From a virus (taxonomy: Duplodnaviria; Caudoviricetes), in IMG/VR virus record IMGVR_UViG_3300031419_000378, positions 13,249 through 77,248 of that record: DNA of 64,000 bases, one strand, 5' to 3'. Below are positions 1-8,021 of this stretch, one piece after another (within the stretch, counting starts at the first letter, position 1; every line of letters starts with the position of its first letter). Position numbers and translations under genes: made by a program. Below the pieces are notes generated by a model. It had not been told where the DNA came from. It ran no database searches and saw only the letters and a list, made by a program, of their open reading frames with translations.

Positions 1-276
1 TGGCGTATAACGGATAGAGCCGGTTCAACCGATACGGATGTATTTGAAATCGTATATGGTGAACTTACTGCTTTTAATGCAGCTGGGCATTCATTGTCTG
101 ACTATTCGATAGATAAGGCTGACTTTGTGAAAGTATCCACTGAGGGTGCCAAGAGCTTCAGGAAAATGGTGGGTGAGATGACTACTCCCTATGATGAAGC
201 CAGAAGCTTTTTTAAAGACAGAATGACACCCATTTGCATCAAAAATGTTTTGAAGACCCTGAACAAGGGCCATTAA
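1..276 (+). CDS. Hypothetical protein, 3' part only (frame open from base 1)
   Basis: Frame +1 has no stop from 1 to TAA at 274-276; followed by a terminator. Confidence 0.6.
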   Translation, partial: WRITDRAGSTDTDVFEIVYGELTAFNAAGHSLSDYSIDKADFVKVSTEGAKSFRKMVGEMTTPYDEARSFFKDRMTPICIKNVLKTLNKGH

Positions 277-299
277 CATTTAACCGATTTACCAGATTT

Positions 300-324
300 A
301 GGCTCGCTACGGCGGGCCTTTTTT
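300..324 (+). terminator. Rho-independent terminator
   Basis: AGGCTCGC-TACG-GCGGGCCT followed by a T run. Confidence 0.75.
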
Positions 325-359
325 GTATCTAAAGCACTCTAAAAACAGAGGGAGAAATA

Positions 360-749
360 ATGGCTGAGCCATTGAGCACCAGCGCTACTGTGGGAACGGT
401 AGCTGGCTGGGGCATTGTCACGTCTGCTCTGGTGGGATTCATCACCTCTGTAGATTACTCAATCGCGTTCGGTGCGTTTGCTGGGTCGATGTGCTTTATC
501 GTCACTGCCAGCGACCTGACGCGCCGCCAGATATTCGGTTATTTCCTGTTTGGTTACGCGGCTGGCATTTTCGGTGCAGGTTTTTTCGCTGACAAAATTG
601 AGGACTATCTGGATTACCGCGAAAAACCGCTCGATGCTCTGTCAGCCGTAATCATTTCCGCTGCTGCTGTGCAAGGCTATTTCTGGCTGAAAAACGGCGG
701 CATTTCAAAACTGCCGTTCGTCAAAAAATGGATGGGGGAACAATCATGA
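360..749 (+). CDS. Putative phage holin (multi-TM)
   Basis: 129 aa hydrophobic protein, GGGAGA RBS, first gene of the lysis cluster. Confidence 0.75.
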   Translation: MAEPLSTSATVGTVAGWGIVTSALVGFITSVDYSIAFGAFAGSMCFIVTASDLTRRQIFGYFLFGYAAGIFGAGFFADKIEDYLDYREKPLDALSAVIISAAAVQGYFWLKNGGISKLPFVKKWMGEQS

Positions 750-1042
750 TTAGCCACGATCTCCTGACGGTAATTGATGTCGCCATTTGTGCAGCTATTG
801 CTCTGCGTCTGATGCTGTTCAGTAAAACGGGCAGAACGCATAAACCGGGTATCTCGTGGATTGCTGCTGGACTGATTCTGTTTTACGGCAACTTTGGACT
901 GCTCTGGTTATTCGGTCATTACCACGCCAGCGGCTGGCCGGTGGTTTTAGCGAACGCGCTCATATGTATCGCGGTGTTTGCGGCGCGTGGAAACGTTGCG
1001 CGCATTGTTTCTTACCCACTGGAGGGAAGTAGTAAAAAATGA
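746..1042 (+). CDS. Putative 3-TM holin/antiholin
   Basis: ATGA overlap with the previous stop; three hydrophobic segments; precedes the endolysin. Confidence 0.75.
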   Translation: MISHDLLTVIDVAICAAIALRLMLFSKTGRTHKPGISWIAAGLILFYGNFGLLWLFGHYHASGWPVVLANALICIAVFAARGNVARIVSYPLEGSSKK

Positions 1043-1461
1043 CAGGTAATAAAAAACCACGCGGCATCCGTAACAACAATCCTGGAAACATTCGCTGGGG
1101 CGATGAGTGGCAGGGGTTGGTACCAAAATCCCAGCGCACTGATAAATCTTTCTGCCAGTTCATCTCACCAGAATATGGTATCCGCGCTATGATCGTCATC
1201 CTGCGCAATTATCAAAATAAATACGGGCTGCGCACGGTCACCGGCATGATCAAGCGCTGGGCGCCACCTAACGAGAACAATACGCAGGCATACATCAATA
1301 GTGTGGCGCAGGCTACAAGTACTGGAGCGAATCAGCCGATTGATCTGACCGACAGCCGTAAACTGTTTCAGTTACTGCAGGCCATCATCCAACACGAAAA
1401 CGGCTCCCAACCTTACGGATTCGATGTTTTCGTTAGCGCTCTCGATCTGGCTGGCCCGTGA
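1039..1461 (+). CDS. Endolysin (lysozyme-like fold, RGIRNNNPGNIR family)
   Basis: RGIRNNNPGNIR and WAPPNEN motifs; lies between holins and Rz. Confidence 0.8.
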   Translation: MTGNKKPRGIRNNNPGNIRWGDEWQGLVPKSQRTDKSFCQFISPEYGIRAMIVILRNYQNKYGLRTVTGMIKRWAPPNENNTQAYINSVAQATSTGANQPIDLTDSRKLFQLLQAIIQHENGSQPYGFDVFVSALDLAGP

Positions 1462-1931
1462 TAGGTGCAGAACCAATGAGTAGATACTATCTGCCGATAG
1501 TCCTTATAGCTGTCATTCTGGTGCTTGGTTGGGCTGCTAACCACTATTACGATAAAGCTGTAGCTTGGAGAACAGTTGCAAAGCATGCGCAGGAAGTGAC
1601 TAGGCAGCAGGCGGCCACTATCACCGATATGAAGACGCGCCAGCGCAACGTTGCGGAACTTGATAAGAAATATACAAAGGAGATAGCAGATGCTAAAGCT
1701 AGGCTGGATGTTTTTCAGCAGTGCGTTAATTCTGGTAATTGTGGGCTGCGTGTCAAAGCCACCTGTCCAAAAGGCACCGCCGCCAGCACCACCAGCATGG
1801 ATGATGCAGCCGCCGCCAGACTTACTGACGCCGCTCAGCGGGATTATTTCATCCTGAGGGGGCGAATAATAACTAGCCAAAACATGATTATAGGTCTGCA
1901 GCAGTACATCAAAGGGCAATGTCAAAACTGA
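1458..1931 (+). CDS. Rz: Rz-like i-spanin
   Basis: N-terminal TM, coiled coil, GLRVKATCP and LTDAAQRDYFIL motifs. Confidence 0.9.
   Translation: MIGAEPMSRYYLPIVLIAVILVLGWAANHYYDKAVAWRTVAKHAQEVTRQQAATITDMKTRQRNVAELDKKYTKEIADAKARLDVFQQCVNSGNCGLRVKATCPKGTAASTTSMDDAAAARLTDAAQRDYFILRGRIITSQNMIIGLQQYIKGQCQN
1690..1857 (+). CDS. Rz1: Rz1-like o-spanin lipoprotein nested in Rz (missing from ORF track)
   Basis: Alternative frame gives 55 aa MLKLGWMFFSSALILVIVGC-VSKPPVQKAPPPAPPAWMMQPPPDLLTPLSGIISS: lipobox plus Pro-rich body. Confidence 0.9.
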   Translation: MLKLGWMFFSSALILVIVGCVSKPPVQKAPPPAPPAWMMQPPPDLLTPLSGIISS

Positions 1932-1951
1932 AAACAAAATTTTTTGATCGC

Positions 1952-1979
1952 TTGGTAAAAACAATGGTTTTCTTATACT
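1952..1979 (+). promoter_or_regulatory. Putative sigma70 moron promoter
   Basis: TTGGTA-N16-TATACT upstream of 2023. Confidence 0.45.
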
Positions 1980-2022
1980 ATGAATTTATACAAAAGGGCG
2001 GTTAAAACCGAAGTGCGAAGAT

Positions 2023-3165
2023 ATGGCTGATTTAGCTTACATAAATCCTAACATCATTACTTGGGCGCAGAATCGAGCTCGCGTTTCCGATGAGGATTTG
2101 TCTCGTGCAACGGGCGCTAAGATTGAGAAAGTTCTAAGTTGGATACATGGAGTTGACAAGCCTACTTTTTCTCAAGCACAAAAAGTGGCTGGGCGTCTAT
2201 ACATACCCTTCGCGTATCTTTTCTTACCGGAGCCACCACAAGAGGTTATTCCGTTGCCGGATTTACGCACTATGCGTAACAGAGGTATGCGTGAAAGCAT
2301 CAGTGTGGATCTTAAGGACACTATTTTTACCGTTCTAAGGCGACAGGAATGGTATAAAGATTATCTTCAAGATCAGGATGCCTCTCCTCTTGAATTTATA
2401 GGCTCTATAGATATGCAACACGATCCTAAAATTGTTGCAACTCAAATTAAAAATCATCTTGGATTAAATGCTATTGACCCATCTGGAATGAGTTGGGAAG
2501 AGTATCAGAGGACAATAATAAACGCCGCAGAAGCCGCTGGAATCCTTGTAATGAGAAGCGGAATAGTTGATAACAACACACATAGACCATTAGATATCAA
2601 TGAGTTTCGTGGCTTTGCTATTAGTGATCCAGTTGCACCTATCGTCTTCATTAATTTGAAGGATGCTCCTTCTGCGCGCTTGTTTACTTTGATACACGAG
2701 TTGGTACATTTATGGATTGGTCAAAGTGGGATCTCTACTGCCAGTGCCAATGAGGAATTGCTTGTTGAAAGATTTTGCAACCAAGTTGCCGGAGAATTCC
2801 TTGCCCCTGAAACAGATGTATTGAGATTGTGGGATGACCGAAAAGACTTAGATGTTAATGTTGCAAACCTTGCTAGGCATTTCCATGTTAGTCGTTATGT
2901 TATCATCCGTAGGGCATATGACTTAAAACTAGTTACATATGACAACTATCAAGATTACTATCGTGCTCTTATGAGACAATTTGATGAGGCCGAAGGTGGG
3001 GGAGGAAACTTTTATGCCACAGCACAAAATAAAAATAGCGCTAAATTTAGTAAAGCGTTACTTGACGAAGCTCTGAGTGGCAGGGTTTTATTGAGAGACG
3101 CTGGAAGATTGCTCGGGGTTTCCCCTGCCAAACTTAAGAAATTTGCAACGGAAATTGGTGCCTAA
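2023..3165 (+). CDS. XRE-HTH plus ImmA/IrrE-type Zn metallopeptidase
   Basis: N-terminal HTH; HELVH (HExxH) in LFTLIHELVHLW. Confidence 0.85.
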   Translation: MADLAYINPNIITWAQNRARVSDEDLSRATGAKIEKVLSWIHGVDKPTFSQAQKVAGRLYIPFAYLFLPEPPQEVIPLPDLRTMRNRGMRESISVDLKDTIFTVLRRQEWYKDYLQDQDASPLEFIGSIDMQHDPKIVATQIKNHLGLNAIDPSGMSWEEYQRTIINAAEAAGILVMRSGIVDNNTHRPLDINEFRGFAISDPVAPIVFINLKDAPSARLFTLIHELVHLWIGQSGISTASANEELLVERFCNQVAGEFLAPETDVLRLWDDRKDLDVNVANLARHFHVSRYVIIRRAYDLKLVTYDNYQDYYRALMRQFDEAEGGGGNFYATAQNKNSAKFSKALLDEALSGRVLLRDAGRLLGVSPAKLKKFATEIGA

Positions 3166-3665
3166 TGTATCTAATTGATGCGAACGTCTTTATTGAAGCC
3201 AAAAATAAATATTATCACATGACATTTTGTCCAGCCTTTTGGGACTGGCTTTTGCATGGCTGTGAAGGCGGCAGGCTATATAGCATTCAAAATATTTACC
3301 AAGAGCTTACAAATGGTAATGATGAACTCAAAACTTGGGCTCAATCCAATCGTCAGTTCTTTCTTGCGGTAAGTGATGCTCAGACCCAGCAAAATCTGGC
3401 CGCAATAGTGGCTTATATTGCTGAACAACAGAGAACGGCAGGTATGAGTGCCGGAGCTATGGATGAATTTCTTAGAGGCGCAGATACGTGGCTAATAGCT
3501 AAAGCTATGACAACTGGAGCTACAATAGTTACGCATGAGAGACTTAACCTGCAATGCAAACGTAAGTTTCTCATTCCTAACATTTGTAACCACTTTGGTG
3601 TGGCTTACACCGATACCTTTAGCCTACTTCTTGAATTGAATGCATCTTTTATAATGGCTGCTTGA
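3165..3665 (+). CDS. DUF4411-like PIN-domain protein
   Basis: MYLIDANVFI start, AD.WLIAKA and IVTHE acidic PIN motifs; translationally coupled to the peptidase. Confidence 0.8.
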   Translation: MYLIDANVFIEAKNKYYHMTFCPAFWDWLLHGCEGGRLYSIQNIYQELTNGNDELKTWAQSNRQFFLAVSDAQTQQNLAAIVAYIAEQQRTAGMSAGAMDEFLRGADTWLIAKAMTTGATIVTHERLNLQCKRKFLIPNICNHFGVAYTDTFSLLLELNASFIMAA

Positions 3666-3727
3666 AAAAGAATTTTCTCACTAATTCAAATAAAACCTCT
3701 TGCGGGTGTTTTTCTATTGGAGTAAAT

Positions 3728-3919
3728 ATGCCTCGTACCTGCCGCAACACATTTACTGCCAAAGCGAGCGAAAATCACATTGGCATTATAATCCGGTCAC
3801 AGCCTAAAATCGTTAATGGCATCATTGGTGTTGCTCAGGAGAATGGCGCTTGGGTATACCTCGCGCCTGGTGACGTGATTAATATTGAATGCGTGTCAGC
3901 AGCTTCTGAGAAAGCATAA
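3728..3919 (+). CDS. Small hypothetical phage protein
   Basis: GGAG RBS before ATG 3728 (track start at 3662 is TTG). Confidence 0.5.
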   Translation: MPRTCRNTFTAKASENHIGIIIRSQPKIVNGIIGVAQENGAWVYLAPGDVINIECVSAASEKA

Positions 3920-4077
3920 TGCTCAGGACCAGATACACAACGTCTGCATAAGCAATAGCCAGATCAATCAACTTAACAATCATAAGACCTCCGTAGTTTA
4001 TTCAATCTACCGTTAATGGTGGTTGTTCTATTGTGAGGGTTATTCCCTTCCTAATAGTGATGAATTAAGTATTACTC

Positions 4078-4125
4078 ATGGCAAAACCTGATTGGGAGGC
4101 CACCGAGTCGGCTTATGGCGCTTAA
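4078..4125 (+). pseudogene. Relic N-terminus of a terminase small subunit
   Basis: MAKPDWEATESAY then stop; resembles the MAKPDWEAIESAY start of lambdoid TerS proteins. Confidence 0.5.
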
Positions 4126-4280
4126 ATCCATCAGCAGGCTGGGCTATGATTTTTGAGTCAAGTGCCCGAGATGGCCGAGCGAGAGCTTCGACGGTACAAA
4201 GCGTGACATGAGCTACATCAGGCAGTGGTGCATGTGGCCGATACTGCATGAACGCGGGTTCGAATCCCACCCTAATAAAC

Positions 4281-4303
4281 AACCGCCTACGGGCGGTTTT
4301 TTT
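4281..4303 (+). terminator. Rho-independent terminator
   Basis: AACCGCC-TACG-GGCGGTT followed by a T run. Confidence 0.75.
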
Positions 4304-4384
4304 ATTGAAGCATTGGATGATAGCCATCCTGAGGCTGAAGTTATTGGTGAAAGTAAACTATGAAGTTCACAAGGGTTTGATCCG

Positions 4385-4676
4385 ATGCAAACACTTTTAA
4401 CAGCATTTTTGGTGTTGGTGTTGGTGTTGGTGTTGGTGTTGGTGTTGGTGTTGGTGTTGGTGTTGGTATTGGTTGGCCTGTTGGTGACAGCGTTCGGTCT
4501 GGGTCGAAGCATAGGCTAGAAAGTAGCTGAAGCCACAACAGTAGCGGAGGGGGCGGCTGTTCATGCTGAGGACTTAAAACATTGATGGGATGAAAAATCT
4601 GCAGAATATTTACGGCCAGCCTGATGCTGCTGTCTCTTATCGCTTGCATGAACGGTGGCAGCGTAAGGGTGACTGA
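4385..4676 (+). pseudogene. Decayed second i-spanin
   Basis: TM segment ending AFGLGRSIG then stop at 4519; later frames give KVAEATTVAEGAA and QPDAAVSYRLHERWQRKG. Confidence 0.55.
4411..4470 (+). repeat. (GGTGTT)9 + GGTATT hexanucleotide tandem repeat
   Basis: Directly visible in the sequence. Confidence 0.98.
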
Positions 4677-4767
4677 TATCGGTTACCAATGGGTTAGGCC
4701 AATCTATCTTAGTGACCACGATTTTAACGGCATGAGCGCCACGAAACAGATGGCGACTCTGGCGTAA
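4624..4767 (+). pseudogene. Decayed or truncated second o-spanin
   Basis: MLLSLIAC lipobox, then VTDIGYQWVRPIYLSDHD...TKQ, like the DTAC.WVKPIYL..HD o-spanin family; Cys residues lost. Confidence 0.6.
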
Positions 4768-4862
4768 AAAAAACAGGCAGATGAATTGTCAAAAAGGGCA
4801 TCTAGAGCAATAAAATTAATGAAAAAAAATTTATCATACCTCCGTAATAATTTGGAGGGTTT

Positions 4863-5240
4863 ATGCTTTTTGAAATAGCAGCAGTTGTAACCATAGTTGA
4901 TGGGTTAAAAGGGTATTTATCCAACAACAACAAAGAGAAAGTAGCGGCAGCAGCCGGGCAACTTAATGAATCAATCACCTTAACTAGACTTTATCTAAGA
5001 GATAAAAACGTTGGTAAATTTGAAGGTATCGAGCAAGAAAGAGCAGACGAAATAGCATTATCTTGGACTAAGACAGCTTCTTTGATAGGACAATTCAATC
5101 CTGATCTCGCGGAGGTTTGCATGAAAAAGGTACTTCTCTGGAGCTATCCTGATAATCAGCCGAGACAAGTTATAGTCGAAAAGGGTCTTACTCTCGCTCG
5201 TCTACAGCAGGATTTAAAAGTTCTCATGAATATGAAGTAA
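4863..5240 (+). CDS. AT-rich moron, hypothetical protein
   Basis: GGAGG RBS, own terminator immediately after the stop. Confidence 0.7.
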   Translation: MLFEIAAVVTIVDGLKGYLSNNNKEKVAAAAGQLNESITLTRLYLRDKNVGKFEGIEQERADEIALSWTKTASLIGQFNPDLAEVCMKKVLLWSYPDNQPRQVIVEKGLTLARLQQDLKVLMNMK

Positions 5241-5261
5241 CCGCCTCCGGGCGGTTTTTTT
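5239..5261 (+). terminator. Rho-independent terminator
   Basis: AACCGCC-TCCG-GGCGGTT followed by a T run. Confidence 0.75.
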
Positions 5262-5274
5262 ATTGGAGCAACGA

Positions 5275-5715
5275 ATGATAGTCTCACCAGATGCCACTGT
5301 CATTGGTGGCACCAATATACCTGGCATAATCGTTCCTGGCGCTATCGTTATTGGCGGGCAGGTCAAACCGCCTGCGGACACGATATTCATCCAGAACGAT
5401 AGTAACAAAACACCCACGTCGCCGTGGTTCGTAACGCAGATAGATAGCACGCATTACACGATGCTGAACGCAACCGCCCCTAAAGGTTGGCAATATCTTG
5501 GAGCATTCCTCGTCAGCGGAGAAACTGGCGCTCAAATCGGGCGTGCAGATGGTGCTGTCTGGACGATATCAAACCCCAGCATGGTGCAGCATATAAGCAC
5601 ATCCGCTGGTGGTCAGGCTGCCGTGAGCATACTCACAGCTGGAACCTGCACGCTGACGGTGACGTTGCGCGACATGGTTTCTACGCTGGTGATCACCGCA
5701 GTCGCCGCACCCTGA
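5275..5715 (+). CDS. Hypothetical protein with C-terminal Ig-like beta domain
   Basis: GGAG RBS at 5265; W.ISNPS...VSILTAGTCTLTVT resembles bacterial Ig-like repeats. Confidence 0.6.
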   Translation: MIVSPDATVIGGTNIPGIIVPGAIVIGGQVKPPADTIFIQNDSNKTPTSPWFVTQIDSTHYTMLNATAPKGWQYLGAFLVSGETGAQIGRADGAVWTISNPSMVQHISTSAGGQAAVSILTAGTCTLTVTLRDMVSTLVITAVAAP

Positions 5716-5728
5716 ATTAGAGGAAAAA

Positions 5729-5977
5729 ATGTCTACTGAAAATAAAACGGTGGGAACGTCCTGGACGCTCATTGCGAGCGGTGCCGATTCTATGTTGATC
5801 ACAGCTGTTGCCGGTTACGGGGATATCTGTGAATCAACCGGCATTCCGCCCGAATCCCTGTTAGGCCACCCGATTTATGCTGGTGGTGAAAAAAATAACT
5901 CATACACAGCGACGGGAGAGATTTACGGGCGGGCAGCGGCGGGATCATCACAGATGCAACTGGCATTGACGCCATAA
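5729..5977 (+). CDS. Hypothetical phage protein
   Basis: GAGG RBS, 82 aa, co-oriented. Confidence 0.65.
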   Translation: MSTENKTVGTSWTLIASGADSMLITAVAGYGDICESTGIPPESLLGHPIYAGGEKNNSYTATGEIYGRAAAGSSQMQLALTP

Positions 5978-6112
5978 AGAAATATGAAGGTGGGCGACTG
6001 CTGGCAGCGGTAACTGCCAGCAGACATCCATACCCACGGTACAGTCATGATGAGTATGAACCAAGGCCCAGCTCGCTCTGCAGAGCCGGGCCATTTTATT
6101 GGATTCTCAGAA

Positions 6113-6916
6113 ATGACCACAACAGAAAATCTTCCGCAGCTCACTATCATTTACCTATCGTTGAGCGAAATCATCCCTCATGTACGTAATGCGCGCACTC
6201 ATTCAGAAGCGCAGGTGCAGCAAATCGCCGCCAGCATTACTGAGTTCGGCTGGACTAATCCCGTACTGATAGATGAATCAGGGGATCTGATAGCAGGGCA
6301 TGGTCGTGTGATGGCTGCTGAAAAGCTCGGTATAACCGATGTGCCGGCCATCATCCTGCCGGGATTATCAGCAGAGCAAAAACAAGCCTACCGGATAGCT
6401 GATAATAAGCTGGCGCTGAATGCAGGCTGGGACACCGAACTGTTAAAGCTGGAATTTGCTGAGTTAATGGATGCGCAGTTCGACATCAGCCTGACGGGGT
6501 TCAGCCTGGAAGAGGTGGACGAATTGCTGGTGGAGGTCGAAACCGAAACCCTCAATGATGAAGATCCCTACACTGCAAAAATCGACACGCCGGTTTATGA
6601 GCCATCCGAAACAGTCCCTGCAGTTTCAGAGCTGTATGACGAAATTAAAACGCGGGATCTCCGGGAGCGCATTCAAGCGGCAGAACTCCCGCCTGAGGTA
6701 GAAAGGTTTCTGCTCAGCGCTGCAGAGCGCCACACCGTTTTTCACTTCAATAAAATAGCTGATTACTACGCATCTGCGAGTGCTGAGGTTCAGGCGCTGT
6801 TTGAGGAATCTGCTCTGGTCATAATCGACTATGAAAAGGCGATTGAACATGGATTCGTCCATCTGACAAAAAAGATGGTAGAGATCGTCCACGGTGAGGA
6901 GGAAGAGCATGCGTGA
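6113..6916 (+). CDS. ParB/Srx N-terminal domain protein
   Basis: RNARTHS...SI.EFGWTNPVLID...IAGHGR...AYRIADNKL; start 6113 preferred over 6047 because a hairpin lies at ~6064-6097. Confidence 0.85.
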   Translation: MTTTENLPQLTIIYLSLSEIIPHVRNARTHSEAQVQQIAASITEFGWTNPVLIDESGDLIAGHGRVMAAEKLGITDVPAIILPGLSAEQKQAYRIADNKLALNAGWDTELLKLEFAELMDAQFDISLTGFSLEEVDELLVEVETETLNDEDPYTAKIDTPVYEPSETVPAVSELYDEIKTRDLRERIQAAELPPEVERFLLSAAERHTVFHFNKIADYYASASAEVQALFEESALVIIDYEKAIEHGFVHLTKKMVEIVHGEEEEHA

Positions 6917-7766
6917 TGATTTCTGCGCATTCATCCTGAGCCATGGGCGCCCGGATAAAATCTATACGCTGAACCTGTTAAAAAAATCAGGCTACACGGG
7001 GAAGTATTTTATCGTCATAGACGATGAGGACACAACCCGGGAGCGTTATCAGGAATTGTTCGGCGACAAAGTGCTGGTTTTCTCAAAGAGCGATATCGCC
7101 AGCCGTTTCGATGAGGCCGACAATTTTGGTGACCGACGTTCAATTTTCTATGCCCGTAATGCCTGTTTCGATTTGGCAAGAAAAGTGGGCTGCAAATATT
7201 TTATCGAGCTGGACGATGATTACACGGCGTTTCAGTTCAGGGTTGGCAAGGAGCTTGAAAAGGACTATTGCCTGATAACCCGTCTCGACCCGGTACTGGA
7301 GGCGATGCTTGAATATTACGAGTCTATCCCGGCTAAAACTATCGCAATGGCTCAGGGTGGAGATTTCCTCGGAGATTCAAATAACGCCTCATGGCTGAAA
7401 CGGAAAGCCATGAACAGCCTGATTTGCTCCACTGACAGGGCATTTGAGTTTATTGGCCGTATCAATGAGGACGTGAACACCTACACGACACTCGGCCGCC
7501 GTGGTGAGCTATTCCTGACTATTGGAGCCGTACAGCTACTGCAGAAACCCACACAGTCGAACAGCGGCGGTATGACAGAGTTGTATCTGGCATCAGGAAC
7601 ATACGTCAAAAGTTTCTACTCTGTGATGTACTCACCATCATGCGTGAAAATCTCAACAATGGGTTTAGCCCATGAGCGTATTCATCACCGGATCAGTTGG
7701 AACAACACCGCAGTAAAAATTCTCAACGAAAAGTATAAAAAACGCCTGCCGACCGACAGGGGGTAA
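6909..7766 (+). CDS. GT-A-fold glycosyltransferase-like protein (TET-associated/GREB1-like DNA-modification family)
   Basis: ILSHGRPD start, ARNACFD, ELDDDY (DxD), GRINEDVNTY motifs; overlaps the ParB gene. Confidence 0.65.
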   Translation: MRDDFCAFILSHGRPDKIYTLNLLKKSGYTGKYFIVIDDEDTTRERYQELFGDKVLVFSKSDIASRFDEADNFGDRRSIFYARNACFDLARKVGCKYFIELDDDYTAFQFRVGKELEKDYCLITRLDPVLEAMLEYYESIPAKTIAMAQGGDFLGDSNNASWLKRKAMNSLICSTDRAFEFIGRINEDVNTYTTLGRRGELFLTIGAVQLLQKPTQSNSGGMTELYLASGTYVKSFYSVMYSPSCVKISTMGLAHERIHHRISWNNTAVKILNEKYKKRLPTDRG

Positions 7767-7768
7767 TC

Positions 7769-8020
7769 ATGCTCCCTTTGTCAAAAATTGAATCCCTCGC
7801 AGCCTTTCGAATGAACGAACAGCAGATAGCTGACGTCCTGGATATCGATCTGGTTGACCTCAAACATAACCGCGAATTGATGGGCTCATTCAGGGATGCC
7901 ATGAGGAAGGGGCGAGCGAAAGGCGAGGTAGAGCTAAGGCGTGCTTTATATGAGCGTGCGCGCAAAGGCGATGCCAGCGCATATAACGAACTAATGAGAT
8001 TATCTGTCAGTAAGGACTGA
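7769..8020 (+). CDS. Small HTH protein resembling a TerS N-terminus
   Basis: IADVLDID HTH-like segment and KGRAKG..LRRAL...A..GD motif; directly before terS. Confidence 0.55.
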   Translation: MLPLSKIESLAAFRMNEQQIADVLDIDLVDLKHNRELMGSFRDAMRKGRAKGEVELRRALYERARKGDASAYNELMRLSVSKD

Positions 8021-8021
8021 T

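Noticed and set aside
1413-1964. 183-aa minus-strand ORF
   Set aside because: Antisense to the nested Rz/Rz1 genes
4213-4649. Minus-strand ORFs with (TN)n or (PT)n tracts
   Set aside because: Other-frame readings of the GGTGTT microsatellite; the plus strand carries the spanin-like remnants
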